A stretch of 64,000 bases of DNA from NCBI RefSeq assembly GCF_009914755.1, contig NC_060928.1, one strand, 5' to 3'. The translations under genes and the position numbers were made by a program. The notes under the pieces are model-generated. The model was given only the letters and a program-made list of their open reading frames with translations. It did no database searches and was not told where the DNA came from. This DNA is from the human T2T-CHM13v2.0 reference genome, Homo sapiens. This document shows positions 47,839-61,985 of this stretch, piece by piece (position 1 is the first letter of the stretch; every line of letters begins with the position of its first letter).

Positions 47839-50620
47839 TCTCACATGACAGGTTTTCTACTTAGTATCTCTTATGGCATCAATGTAAATAAGCTGTGACT
47901 AAAAGGCTTACATATGTGAAGCAGTTTCTACTTATTCTTAACATCTTTTGTGTAACTTAAGACATAGCTTATTAGAAGGGAAGAAACAGCTATTTCACAG
48001 CCTGATGTATGACGATACATTTTTCTCTTTTATAATGGTGTCCTTTGAAAAGATATTTTATGAATTCCAAAACAAAGTAAGATAATGAAGTGATTTTATG
48101 AGCGTTGAATACTAAATACTGAGCCCTTCATTGCTTTTCCTTCACTTGGCTACAGAGAATCTGACCAGCCCAAGAAGAAATGCTGGAAAATCCTGACACC
48201 ATGTCCTGGAGTGACACCCATCATCTTCATTCACACTCCTTTGGCCAGAATTAGTCATAGGACTCCATTAGCTACCAGAGGGCTGGGAAGCATATTAGCT
48301 GGCTGCAAGTTACCTTCCCACCATGACTGGCACTACAGAAGAAAAGCACAAATCATTGACAGCTAATTTATGCCATACTTGGTTACAGAAAGTTATATTG
48401 TCAAGGGAATAAATCACTAATTAGAATAAGATGTAAGTTGGAATCATTGTAGTTACATAGCATCCTACTGGTGGTACTCCTAGGCCACTCCAAGGCCGTA
48501 GCCTCATTGAAGTTCTAACTGATTTTCTTTGGCTTAGAGGGCCAATTAAGAATTCTGCTTTCCATTATCACACTCATAATTCTACTATTGATAAGCCACT
48601 TCAATGTGCTTCCTTTTATTGCATTTTTCTCATCTACAAAGCAGACATTGTTGTATGGTTTAACTGAGTAGTGATCATTACAGGTTATCTGAGCCACTTT
48701 TGCAAACTCTCCTAAAGTGAGAAGATTTTTAAAAATCAACAGAGTCTCCATATCAGAAATATCAAATTAAACAAATATTAGTAAGATAGATTACATGACA
48801 TGACATTTCAGAAGCCATGTGACAGTTTTAAAGCAAGGTACCCCAATTTTTTATCACTCTTACATTGAGTGGTGGTATATGTTTTGTTCTCTAGAATTTG
48901 GGTGGGCTTGGTAATTCCTTAATGAATAAAATGTCATGACAATAATGTTATGTGACTTCTGAGGTGAGGTTATAAAAGGCCAAGAAACTTCTACCCAGCT
49001 TCTTTGGAACACTCTTCTCTGTTGGGATGCTCTCTTTTGGATCCTGCCTACCATACTAAAAGATGCCAAAGCCACAGGGAGAGCTGTGTTTAGGTGATCT
49101 AGTTGGCAATCTGAGCTGATCTAAGCTTTCAAATCATTCCAGTCCAGGGGCCAGATGTGAGTAAATAAGTCATCCTGGAAAAGGGGTCCTTCAGTCCTAG
49201 TTATCAGAGCTTCCAGCTATTTCAGTCATCCCTGGCTGCTCAAATCTTTCCAGCGGAGGCCCCAAACACCTTGGAGAAGATGCAAGCCATCCCCACCCTG
49301 CCCTTTCTGAATTATTGACCCTCAGCATCTGTAAGCATGATAAAATCATTGTTATTTTAGTCCACTACGTTTTGAGATTGTCATTAAGGCAAAAATAACA
49401 AGTGGAACAAAATTTGGTATCAGAAGTGGGGTGCTACATAACAAAACCTAAAACATGTGACTTTAACATTTAATGGTGGTTGAAAGCTGGAAGGTCTTGA
49501 GGAATTTGTGGGCAATCTGGCAAGCCTCAAGAGCCCTGTTGATGTGGACTTAAAAAAGAGTGAGCAAAATGTTATGGGAACTCAGAGGGAAGGAGACCCT
49601 CATTATGTAGCAGTGGAAAATTTTTAATATTGACATTAGTGGAAATTCAAAAACTAGAAAATATACCTAATGAAGTGATGTTTTGGCTAAAGATATTTCC
49701 AGAGAAAAATGTAAAATTGTGGTTGCTGGTTTCCTTTACCTACATATCATAAGACAGGATAGAGAGAAATTAGGTAAAAAAGATAAATGAATCATTCAGT
49801 TTTCAAGTAGTATTTAGAGGAACTATAAAAGATTCAAAACTTTGTGTTTGAAAGTAAAACTCTTTATCACCCTCTATCTCTCCAAGGAAAGATAAAAAGA
49901 GTCCAGGATACTTCCAGGAAAATACGGTCTTAGGATAAAGAAGAAGTCAAATGTGGGACTATAAAACCTTTTGTTAGGACTGCAGAAATGTTTAAAGATA
50001 GTGCTTCATGGTTCTTCTCAGCCAAAAAGCTATTTTTATGCATACTCCTCAAAGACCCTCTCTGTTTAACAGTAGGACTTCCAGGAGTTTTAAGGGCATT
50101 GTTTCACAGCAACCTTTGTTTCACACCAGACCCCAGGTAAAGAATATCTAATGGCGAGATTTGAGGGTGTGAGTTCTATGCAATTGAATGAATTATAAGT
50201 TGAAGAATATAAGACACTGACAAAGTTTTTAAAATGACTATATAGGTAGAAACATCATCAGCTTGGACTGATAGTGAGAGAGACAAAACAAAATAATAGC
50301 CTCTTGGATCCCATATTTCAGTGGACAGGGAGGAGACTAAAAAAAGCACTCAGCAAACATAGTGTAATTTTTATGGAAAAGGAAGGGTGCCTAAAATGAA
50401 GAATCCAGAGTCTAGAGGTTGGAGCTAAAATCAGTGTAGAACAATTTTCATAAACTAGGAGAGAAATATAACCTAGAAACTGGCAATATGTACCTCCTGA
50501 ATTTTTGAATTATTATGATCCAGGGATAGCTATGTGCCTTCCATTAATCTTTTATACTAAGAATGTCTATAATGTTTATCCTATGCACATACCACCATGT
50601 GCAGTGGATGGTTGAGTGGT

Positions 50621-51032
50621 TAATATGGTTTGGCTCTCTGTCCCCACCCAAAATCTCATGTCAAATTGTAATCCTGATGTTGGAGGAGGGGCCTGATGGC
50701 AGGTGATTGGATCATGGGAGTGGTTTCTAATGATTTCGCACCATTCCCCTAGTACTGTCTCAAGATAGAGTTCTCATGAGATCTGGTTGTTTCAAAGTGT
50801 GTGGCACCTCCTATCTCCCCCTCAGCCCCTGCCCACTCTCTTCCTCTGCTCTGCACATGTGAAGACGTCCTGCTTCCCCTTTGCCTTCCATCATGATTTT
50901 AAGTTTCCTGAGGCCTCCCCAGCCATGCTTCCTGTACAGCCTGTGGAACTGTCAGCCAATTATACCTCTTTTCTTTACAAATTACCCAGTCTCAGGTAGT
51001 TCTTTATAGCAGTGAGTGAATGGACTAATACA
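50621..51032 (+). mobile_element. MSTA solo LTR nested in MLT1 internal region
   Basis: taatatggtttggctctctgtccccaccc...tggactaataca; perfect TSD gtggt. Confidence 0.92.
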
Positions 51033-51653
51033 GTGGTAGATAGCTGGTCTCTTTAGTTCACCAATTTTTGATTAAGAGGAATCATGCATGGTGAATATTA
51101 TATAAATCTTGGTTGAGTGACAACATTCTGACTTTGAGTCTAAGACTGATACTATAATGGGATGATCCTTTTAAGCACTATTGAGAGAGTGAGTGTATTT
51201 TTCATGTGGAAAGAATGCTAATACTTTGCGGGCAGAAGGCAGAATGTGGTTTTGAAATATGCTACAAAATTCTTTGACACTCTTCCCTCAATAGGTGCTG
51301 ATTAAAACTTGGAGTTATTGTGGCTTCTGAGGAAAGGGCATTGCAGCTTCTGTCAGATTCTCTTGGAACATTCCCTCTTAGGTGGCTGTCTTGTGGAAAC
51401 CATGTGTCATGCTGTGATTAGTCTATACCACATGAAAAGGTTGCATGTATTAGCACCTGTTAACATTCACAGCTGAGACCAGCCTTCATGTCCATCTCAG
51501 TGAGATGCCTGATATTTTGGTGGACTCATCTTGGAAGTGGATCTTTCAGTCTCAGCTATTCTAGTTCCCACCTCTTGGAGTCATCTCTGTCTATTTTACT
51601 TATCCTAGCTGAGGCTAGGAGAACAGAGACAAACCATTGCTGTTGTTCCCTGT

Positions 51654-52051
51654 TATCTTCATCTGTTTTCTTTTGCTTATAACATAATAATTAGAACTGG
51701 GTATTTTGTAAAGAAAAAGAAATTATTTCTTATAGTTATGGAGCCTGGGAAATCTAAGGTCAAGGGAGTGTTCCTGTTGAGAGCCTCCTTGCTGGTAGAG
51801 TCTTGAGGTGATGCAGGGTATCACATGGCAAGGAGGCTGAGGATGTAGCTGAGGTCTCTCTTCCTTTTCTTACAAAGCCACAAGTCCCACTCCCATGATA
51901 ACCCATTAGTCGAATAATGGATTAATCCATTCATGAGGGCAGAGCTGGCATGAGTCAAACACCTATTGAAGGCTCCACCTCTCAAGACAACCATATTGGG
52001 GATTAAGTTTCAACATGAGTTTTGGAAGAGACAAATACTCAAACCATAGCA
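51654..52051 (-). mobile_element. MSTC/D-like solo LTR nested in MLT1 3' LTR
   Basis: tatcttcatctgttttc...tttcaacatgagtttggaagagacaaatactcaaaccatagca; TSD-like cctgt/cctat. Confidence 0.85.
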
Positions 52052-52359
52052 CCTATCTGAATTCCTGACCTGCAGAATTCATGAACAAAATGGTTGTTTA
52101 TGACATTAAGTGTGAGAGTAGTTTGTTGCAAAATAATAGTAACTGAAGCATTACGAAAGGATCATTTAAAAATGTATGTATTCAGAATTTAATAGTAGCA
52201 GCCAGATATGCTGTAGGTAACAGAGATTGTCATCAGCATAATTGTCATCTCCCATGAGCTTTGCACATCTAACACCACCATCAAAAAAGATGGTATTTGT
52301 AGATATTGTGTAGGTTGCATTTGTGTTGGACACATACAGTGCACACAAACACATACACA

Positions 52360-52740
52360 TATAAGTTTGCTAGGGCTGCCATGAAAAATAGTGGTGGCTT
52401 ACATCAGATAAATTTATTTTCTCACAGCTTTGGAGGCTAGAAGTCTGAGATCAAAGTATCAGCAAGGTCGTTTTCCTCTGAGGCCTCTTCCCTTTGCTTG
52501 TAGATAGCTGTCTTCTCCCATGTCTTTACATAGTTTTTTGTCCGTGCTAGTCTGTTTTCTAATCTTTCTTCTTACAAAGAAACCAGCCATTGGGTTAGGG
52601 TTCACTTCAATGACCTCATCTAACCTCAGTTACCACTTTAAAGGCCCTATCTCCAAATACAGTCATATGTTTGTGTTACTAGGGGTTAGAACTTCAGTAT
52701 ATGAATTTTGGGGAAGAACACAGTTATGGCCATAACTCTA
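52360..52740 (-). mobile_element. MLT1A-like LTR
   Basis: gtttgctagggctgcc...ggaggctagaagtctgagatcaa...gggggttagaacttcagtatatgaattttgggg. Confidence 0.82.
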
Positions 52741-55159
52741 CCTATGTATCTATCTATTGATATAGAGATTTATAGATATCTATAGATATAAAGATCTGCC
52801 TATCTATCTATCATCTATTTTTTTTATCTGTCTGTCTATCTTTCTAACCATCCATCCATCCTCCAACTGGAGAAGCTTCAACATTCTGGCTTAAGTTTTA
52901 TAAACATATTTCACCGTGTTTCCTCTTGCATTCTCTGAGACACTTATTTTTCATTCTCTAGGAATAATTTCAAGTCTTTGATGAGCATATTATTTCTAAA
53001 AGAACAGTATCTATCTAATGGTGTTTCTTCTAATTTTAGCCTTTGAGGAAGGAAACAGGAAAAATCATCTAGCATTCTTCCTGTCTGTTACAGCTACAGA
53101 TTGGACAACAAGATGTCATCTTGCCAAACAGTTTCTATAAAAATTTAGTAGTGTTTTTATTACAGGGGCACAAGATCTGGTTGCCAGAAATCCTAATTTA
53201 TAAATGTCAACATTCTGAAACTTTTCAAGTTCAGAGTATACTTGGTGAAATGAATCCAGAGCCTTCAGAGAAAATGTCTGTGCTGTTTTTTTCTATTTAA
53301 TTGTGAGAGAAGCTCAAAGTATTCACAGAAAAAGAACTGAAGGAGATTAGAAAAAAATTCTTAGAATTGTTTCTTTTTCTACCTTGGACCTAATAAAACA
53401 GAAAGAAAAAAAGTGATGTTTTCTGTGCCAGAGGAAGATGCCTATACACTGTAAATAGAAACTGTTTAGATAACAATGCGGAATGACAAATATTGAAATG
53501 CTTTTTATATTAGCTGAGAATGTTTCAGAATCACTGGAAGAAGAGGAATTATTTTGTGGAGTAAACCAAGGCTCTGTCTGTTTGAGGAATATGTTGTGTT
53601 CTTGCATGGAACACCATTAAAAATAATAAACCACATCAGTGGCAAAGGCTAGAATAAACTTCAGCTGGAGAGAATAAAGTTGGAATACTTTATGTCCCAT
53701 GACTCCAGGTCAACCAGTTCAAAGTCTACAAGGCCAAACTTTCTCTCTGGATCCTGAGATTTTTTTTTTTTTTTTCAGGCTATGGGCTGGGACTCTGTTG
53801 CCCACTAAGAATGAATTATATTTTGTACATTAATGTTAGTAGGCACAAGTGGGCTTAGAGGACTTGATGATTCTGGCTTTCATGGATCTCCTGCCGAGAA
53901 CCACTGATTGAGGTCACCTTGGTCCTTTCCTCATGGTGTTTTAGGAATCTGTCAGTATCTCTTCTTCGCCCCTCCGTTTTCAAAGTCAGATGAATAAGCA
54001 AGTTAATCAATACCCCTTCCTCGTGTCCATTTGCTCTCTAGCTTTTCTCAGTGAATAATTTGCATGCGAGATGACATGGATGTTTTTCAGGGCTACTTAA
54101 TTTTTCCCTGGACACTGTATATTTCCTTGCTGAGACTCTCCTTGACCATCATTTAAAGGTCTACCTGGGTTCTATTTTCACTGTCAGCATTTTCTCTCTT
54201 TCATTCTTGTAATTATAACTAGCAATTGTTTTTCCTCTGGTCTTTGTTTTGACCTACTTACCATATTACAACAGAAGCTTCAAGAAAACTAGGACCATGA
54301 CTTTGCTGTTCAAAATTACAGTTCTAGAATAAAAATTAGCAATCAATATATATATATATTTATGGAAAAATGAAGGATAATGAGAAAACAGCTACACTGT
54401 GGAGTTTCCTTTGAGGCTGTTGTATTTTTCTCACCTACCACATTTAGTGCTAGTCAAAGATTCTGGTTTATCACAGAATTCAGAGTCACAATCTACCTGT
54501 GGGTTTCAGACAGAACTTAACATGGGAATCACCTTCCAGTTCAAGTGACTGGGTAAGTCTTAAGTTCTGTAATGAAAAAAGCTTTGCGTTCCCTTCTTTC
54601 ATTAGTGTAGTCTTTCCTTCGTAGTTTTATTAAATGCTAAAATGCAATTTAGATAGATTTTCCAAAGTTTATCTCATTACATTTAGTGGAAACCTTCGTG
54701 TGACTATTTTGGCCTAAATAGCTTAAATGAATGAGATACATCATTGTTGACTATGTCAAGGAAAGTTGATCGATTTTGGGGTTTGCATAACACTTTATAA
54801 TCAAAAACTGTAAAACAAAATAAAATAAAATTTTACCTAATGTAGACATCTATGTTAAGGAACTCCAAAAATAACTTTTAAGGAAGAGCAAAGCTTATGC
54901 TTTGTAGTTTAGATGTCCCAGCTTATGTGAATCCTAAAAAAGTCAAGATTGTGTTGGCTTCATTTTTTTGAGTGTATTTGTTGTGTTTGTCCTGAATTGC
55001 ACATATCAATTGTGATTATAAAATTCTAAAACCTGGCTTCCACTAATCATTGCAGCTAAGCTATGATGATATCAAGAGGTTTACAACCTTTTTACTCTCA
55101 ATACATCAGTTCAAGAAGGGATTGTTCATCTGCATGGCAAACGTAATCAAGAAAGTTTT

Positions 55160-56085
55160 GGTGATATGGATAATTTTATCTCACATCATTCACAAAAATT
55201 AATTCAATGTGCAATATAGACCTATAGCTAAAAAGTAAAACAATAAAGCTTTTAGGAGAATATTTTCATAACGTTTGAAAGGTTGATGAAAATGTCTAAA
55301 CAGTATTCACAAAACATGAACAATACAATAAAAAATGATAAATTGGTCTGTTTATCAAAAGACCTCATTAAGAAAGGCAAAAGGCAAACCACAGTATGGG
55401 AGAAAGTATTTTCAAAATATTTATCCAACAGAGGTCTCACATCCAGAATAGATTTGAACATTTCTACAAATCACATAAGAGAAGTACAGAGAATTCTATT
55501 TAACAATAGGAAAAGTCTTGAGAAGATGTATGTAGCAACAGAGTGTACTTACAGCAAACACATGTAAAGGTGTTCAACATCATTGCTCAGCAGGGAAATG
55601 GAAATTAAAACCATGATTAGACACAAGTACCCCACTACCAGCGTAATTAAGACTGTCAATTAGAAATGTTGGCAAGAATGTAGAATAATGGAAATTCTTG
55701 TACATTGTTGGTGAGATAGTTCAATGTTTTAACTACTTTGAAAAATGTTCAGCAGTATCCACCAAAATTACAGATTCACCAACTCTATGATTTAGCAATT
55801 TTATTCCTAGATATACACCAAAGAGAAATGAGTACATTCACAATGTGTAATTCCATTATGAAGTTTAAGATCAGGCAAATCTAGTCACAATAATGTTGAC
55901 CTTGCTGGGAGGGGCAGGTATTAACTGGAAAAGGAGCCAGTGAGAGCTTCTAAAGTTACGGCCGTGATTGAACATTGATCTGGGAGGTGATTCCGTGGGT
56001 GTATACAAATATAAATAATTTATTATGCTGTACACATAAGACTCCTTTATTTTACTTTATGCAACTTATAACTCAACAAAACACA
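55160..56085 (+). mobile_element. Old L1ME-like 3' remnant
   Basis: atctcacatcattcacaaaaattaattc...aaatgttggcaagaatgtag...ttgatctgggaggtgatt. Confidence 0.75.
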
Positions 56086-56619
56086 TGTATTATGTGTTAA
56101 TTACATTTTCTAATTTTCTGTATTCTTGATGCTCCTGAGGCCTCACTGACTGGGGAGAGACTTTTCCTCCCAGAGCTAGCTAATTCTTAAACATAGTAAG
56201 CTTTCATATGTAAATGAAAAATCCAGTTCCCATACTCTGAACCACCTCTTCCATCTGGCTTTTCTACTCTAGGTGGCAATATAATTCTATCCTTATCATT
56301 CTAGGGCCAGGTATTAGACAATTAGAGACAGTTACTATACCCTGGGGTTTTCTGTTATTGCTCAAACTAGCCAATCCTAAGCCTGCTGAGCCCTGCCTTG
56401 CCTTTCCTGTGGATACCACTACAGGGGCTCCTGCCATTCTTTCCCCTCACTCATCCTGCCTCTTGACCAGTCCTGTGCATCCCTGTATGGCTCTGAGTGA
56501 CAATAGCATGTCCTCCGCCCCATGGGACATTGTAATAAACTATATTTTCAATGGCAATTATCTCATTATCTGTTGGCCTCACCATACCTGAATAATAATA
56601 AAAACTACATTTTAAAACA
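56086..56619 (+). mobile_element. ERVL solo LTR, MER74/MER73-like
   Basis: ttttctgtattcttgatgct...cctcccagagctagctaattc...aataataataaaaactacattttaaaaca. Confidence 0.7.
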
Positions 56620-57331
56620 CAACAAGCAAACAAAAATTGTAACACTTAGATGTTTTATGAGTTATTCTTTTGGATAACCACAATTTAAAAAAATAGTTAA
56701 TTCTATAGTTTGGGTTAGATATAAATAAGTAATTAATCAGTCAATAATAAATAAAAACTCTTAAAAAGACACAGAGCATGTGACTACCAGGCTGGTAGGT
56801 GATAGTGGATGGTGAGGCCAAGTGGCATAAATATAAATGAGCAGAAAATTTTTCAAACGTTTTCAAATAGTTTTAATGTACTATTTATAATGCTGTATAT
56901 TTTAGACATTTCCATGTAATAATTAACACAGAATAATATAGAATAACGTAGCATAATTAGAACTATTTATATATTGCAAGCAACAGAAGGGGCAAATCAA
57001 ACAAAGAAAGGAAGAAGGGAAGAAAGGAAGGAAGGAAGAAAATTTTCAGGCTGATAAAACTGAGCCTGCATGGGAATTTCAACATTCCAAAATAACACAA
57101 ACAGCATTATTGGACCCTTTGGGTCAAATAAATCATTTACCAAGAGAAGAAGGAAAGGAATTGATGGGGATAGGAATGAGGGTTGAGGAGCTATTTGGAA
57201 CAACAAAATGTGTGTTACAAAGTTGTACTTGAAATATCTCTTTTCTCTGTCTCTTCAGATATTATTACTTCTTAGTAGAAAAATCTGGTCTGTGACTCAG
57301 ACAATCTGACTATAGTATTTTAAAGATATTT

Positions 57332-57645
<314 letters not shown>

Positions 57646-57859
57646 CAAGGTATTTGATGATTCATGACTATACATATACATGACAACATCTCTTTTTTTC
57701 ATTATAGATAACACTGTGGTCTTATTTGTTTTGGACAAGCTAGTTTGAAATGCCTAAAGGTATAGTAAGTTTTCTATACATTTTCTCAGTAGCCTGCCCT
57801 TCTGTATTCTCACCATGGTTACTGGCATTTATCTATTTAGTTATTGGGATAGTGGGGAA

Positions 57860-58725
57860 ATTGAAGTTCACAGTCTGATATAGACAGGAAGGATTGACTA
57901 TCAACTCCTCAAAAGACAGCTAAAATAACTTGCTATTCAAACAGTAAAATTTATTTTTATTTATTTATTTTTTTATTATACTTTAAGTTCTAGGGTATAT
58001 GGGCACAACATGCAGGTTTATTACATATGTATACATGTGCCATGTTGGTGTGCTGCACCCATTAACTCGTCATTTACATTAGGTATATCCCCTAATCCTT
58101 TCCCTCCCCCGCTCCCTCCACCCCACGACAGGCCCCTGTGTGTGACGTTCCCCTTCCTGTGTCCAAGTGTTCTCATTGTTCAATTCCCACCTATGAGTGA
58201 GAACATGCGGTCAAATAGCAAAATTTATTGAACCTACTGCAGTAAGGGAGGACATCACCTTGACAGGGTCTTAACAGTGTTTCAGAAAGCAGAGGTCAGG
58301 GGTAGAAATTTGCTAGAGTTTGGGCTCTGGGACAGAGTGCTTTAAGACAGGTCTTTCCATGCACACATTTAACTTGAATTGGGTAAAGTTCATGAAGTAA
58401 TATTTTTGGTTTGATGGACACAGCAAGGCATGACGCTTGAGGGAATTTTGGATTAGTAAACAGTAGTTTGATAAATTAGCTGTTTGACCAAGTGAACAAC
58501 CCATTGTTCCTAGAGCAGAGCTCTTTACCAGATGAGCAAACTGTTTGTTCAAATCTATTGGCTTTTAGGAAATTCCTGGAGCCAGTAGTGAAGTTATTTA
58601 TTGGTTTACAGCTTTATCTTCCTGGCCAAGAATTTCTTGGAACAAATAGGAAAGTCATGTTGACACAGTGGCTCCAGATCTCAATCCCGATAAGCTGTGC
58701 AGATGCAGGTGGCCTCAGTTCTTAA
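57860..58725. mobile_element. Old ERV LTR (MER67-like), interrupted by L1PA
   Basis: ttattgaacctactgcagtaagggagg...caccttgacagggtcttaacagtgtttcag; family recalled, uncertain. Confidence 0.45.
57956..58210 (-). mobile_element. Short 5'-truncated L1PA (PA5-7-like) 3' end
   Basis: ttattatactttaagttctagggta...cacctatgagtgagaacatgcgg; 19-bp TSD tcaaacagtaaaatttatt/tcaaatagcaaaatttatt. Confidence 0.93.
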
Positions 58726-59440
58726 AATTAAATGCAGAAGATGGTGAATGTCATTTTGTTGTAAGGACACTAAAGCCACTGGGATGTCAAGTGGGTTTGG
58801 GAATGCTCAATTAGAAAGAAAGACAATTTCCAGAATGTTTCAGGTGCATTCTAAGATTTAAAACTAGTCTGGAACTTTTTTGAATACGAGAAATATTTTT
58901 CACCTCAGTGTATCTATGGTAACTGGTTATGTTTTATTTTATGAAAGCCAAGTTCTTCACTGCCTCAGGAGACTAAGGGTGGAAGCTTTCCATATTCTTC
59001 TTCAATTTATGACCATGTGGGAAATCATCTTTGTATCTTTGTTACTTGGTGTTCTGTCTTCTGAGAACACCACATGCATCATAATTGAAAAGCATGGCCT
59101 ATCCTGCCTTCCAGAAAATAGGCTTTGATGATCCCAGAATGTCATCACTAGGCAGCTGGCCCCTTCTCATAGTTCCTCCTTCCATGACTGAAGGCTGCTT
59201 AATCATCATTAGCCTTTGGTCCCCTGTAGGCTATTTGACATAAAAATAAATTTTGGAGACTGGATAAAGGAAAGTAAGTGGCTTCTACCTGAGTTTTCTA
59301 TAACCTCTTGGTCAAAGCATAGGCCCATGAGTGGAAAAGAGCTGGATTGAGTTGGAATGAGGATACTACATCAGAATTGAAGGGTAGGCAGTTTTTGAGT
59401 GGCTAAAGGGCCACTGTTGTAGATGAGGACAAATGCCTTC

Positions 59441-60181
59441 TGATACAGTTTGGCTGTGTCCCCACCCAAACCTCATCTTGAATTGTAACTCCCACAATTC
59501 CCAAGTGTCATGGGAGGGACTTGGTGGGAGGTGATTGAATTATGGGGGCAGGTCTTTCCTGCACTGTTCTTGTGATAGTGAATGAGTCTTATGCGATCTG
59601 GTGGTTTTAAAAATGAGAGTTTTCTTGCAAAAGCTCTCTCTTTGCCTGCTGGCATCCATGTAAGACATGCCTTGCTCCTCCTTGCCTTCCACCATGATTG
59701 TGAGGTTTCTCCAGCCACATGGAACTGTAAGTCCATTAAACCTCTTTCTTTTGTAAATTGCCCGGTCTTGGGTATGTCTTTATCAGCAGCATGAAAATGG
59801 ACTAATATAGTAAATTGGTACTGGTAGAGTAGGGTGCTGCTGAAAAGATACCTGAAAATGTGGAAGCGACTTTGGAACTGGGCAACAGGCAGAGGTTGGA
59901 ACAGTTTGCAGGGCTCAGAAGAAGATAGGAAAAGGTAGGAAAGTTAGAAACTTCCTAGAGACTTGTTGAATGGATTTGCCCAAAATGCTGATAGGGATAT
60001 GGACAATAAAGTCCAGGCTGAAGTGGTCTCAGATGATGATGAGGAACTTGTGGGGAACTACAGCAAAGGTGACTCTTATTATGTTTTAGCAAAGAGACTG
60101 GTGGCATTTTGCCCCTTCTTTAGAGATTTGTGGAACTTTGAACTTGAGAGAGATGATTTAGGATATCTAGCAGAAGAAATT

Positions 60182-60245
<64 letters not shown>

Positions 60246-61926
60246 TTTGAGATGGAGTCTTGCTCTGTCACCCAGGCTGGAGTGCAGTGGCACAATCTCG
60301 GCTGGCTGCAAGCTCCGCCTCCCGGATTCATGACATTCTCCTAGCAGAAGAAATTTCTAAGCAGCAAAGCATTCAAAAGGTGACTTGGGTGCTGTTAAAG
60401 GCATTCAGTTTTAAAAAGGAAACAGCTTAGAAGTTAGGAAAATTTGCAGCCTGACAATGCAATAGAAAAGAAAATCTCATTTTCTGAGGAGAAATTCAAG
60501 CCAGCTGCAGGCATTTGGATAAGTAATGAGGAGGGGTCAAATGTTAATCCCCAAGACAATGGGGAAAATGTCTCCAGGGCATGTCAAAGATCTTCGTAGC
60601 AGCCCCTCCCATCACAGGCCTAGAGGCCTAGGAGGAAAATGTGATTTTGTGGGCCAGGCCCAGGGTCCCTGTGCTGTGTGCAGCCTAGGCACTTGGTGCC
60701 CTCTGTTCTAGCCACTTCAGCCATGGCTGAAAGGGGCCAATGTAGAGCTCAAGCTAAAGCTTCAGAGGGTGCAAGCCTCAAGCCTTGACAGCTTCCACAT
60801 GGTGTTGAGCCTGCCATTGCACAGAAATAAAAAATTAGGGTTTGGGAACCTCCGCCTAGATTTCAGAGGATGTATGCAAACTCCTGTATGTCTATGCAAA
60901 GGTTTGCTGCAGGGTCAGGGCTTTCATGGAGAACCTCTTTTAAGGCAGTGCAGAAGGGAAATGTGGGGTCAGAGCCCCCACACAGAGCCCCTACTGGGGC
61001 ACTGCCTAGTGGAGCTGTGATAAAAGGGCCACTGTCCTCCAGACTCCAGAATGGTAGATCTACTGATAACTTGCACAGCACACCTGGAAAAGCCATGGAC
61101 ACTCAACATCAGCCTGTGAAAGCAGCTGGGAAGGAGGCTGTACCCTGCAAGGCCACAGAGATAGAGCTATCCAAGACCATGAGAACCTACCTCTTGCATC
61201 AGTGTGACCTGGATATGAGACATGTAGTCAAAGGAGATCATTTTGGAATTTTAAGATTTAACTGCCTTGCTGGATTTTGGACTTGCATGGGGCCTTGTAG
61301 CCCCTTTATTTTGGTTAATTTCTCCCATTTAGAAGTGTTGTATTTACCCAATGCTTGTACCCCCATTGTATCTAGGAAGTAACTAACTTGCTTTTGATTT
61401 TACAGGCTTATAGGCAGAAAGGACTTGCCTTGTCTCAGGTGAGATGTTGGACTGTGGACTTTTGAGTTTATGTTGAAATGAGTTCAGACTCTGGGGGACT
61501 GTTGGGAAGGCATGATTGGTTTTGAAATGTGAAGACATGAGATTTGGGAGGTGTCAGGGGTGGAGTGATATAATATGTCTGTGTCCCCACCCAAATCTCA
61601 TCTTGAATTGTAACTCCCACAATTCCCAAGTGTTATGGGTGGAACCTGGTGGGAGGTGATTGAATTATGGGGGTGGGTCTTTTCTGTGCTGTTCTCATGT
61701 TAGTGAATGAGTCTCATGAGATCACTTGTGCAGGAGTTTCCCTGCACAAGATCTCTCTTGGCCTGCTGCCATCCATGTAAGACGTGACTTGTTCCTCCTT
61801 GCCGTCCACCATGATTGTGAGGCTTCCCCAGCCATGTGGAACTGTAAGTCCAATAAACCTCTTTCTTTCATAAATTGCACAGTCTCAGGTATGTCTTTAT
61901 CAGCAGTGTGAAAACAGACTAATACA
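59441..61926 (+). mobile_element. Complete THE1A MaLR element (LTR 59441-59809, internal 59810-61565, LTR 61566-61926)
   Basis: Two THE1A-type LTRs (tga...ctaata(t/c)a), THE1-int start gtaaattggtactggtagagtagggtgctg; perfect 5-bp TSD ccttc. Confidence 0.96.
60185..60340 (-). mobile_element. Severely 5'-truncated AluY with (GAAA)n tail
   Basis: ~15 x TTTC then gagatggagtcttgctctgtc...caagctccgcctcccgg; 18-bp TSD ctagcagaagaaatttct at 60167 and 60341. Confidence 0.93.
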
Positions 61927-61985
61927 CCTTCCATTCATGAGTAGTTTCAAAGTGATAGGTGTGTAGAACTGGCAAAGTTTTAATG

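Larger units (their letters stand above)
48868..52150 (+). mobile_element. Ancient complete MLT1 MaLR provirus (LTR ~48868-49409, internal, LTR ~51245-52150)
   Basis: LTR end ggaaca followed by MaLR internal start aaatttggtatcagaagtggggtgct; purine tract gggcagaaggcagaa before the second LTR tgtgg; the two LTRs share motifs (cagcttct...ttggaaca; tgaatt...tgacc...ggttgttt). Confidence 0.7.

Noticed and set aside
53347-53607. 86-aa minus-strand ORF in unique sequence
   Set aside because: No recognisable domain or exon structure; length expected by chance
60870-61382. 170-aa ORF
   Set aside because: Lies wholly in the THE1A internal sequence; residual MaLR frame, no evidence of a host gene
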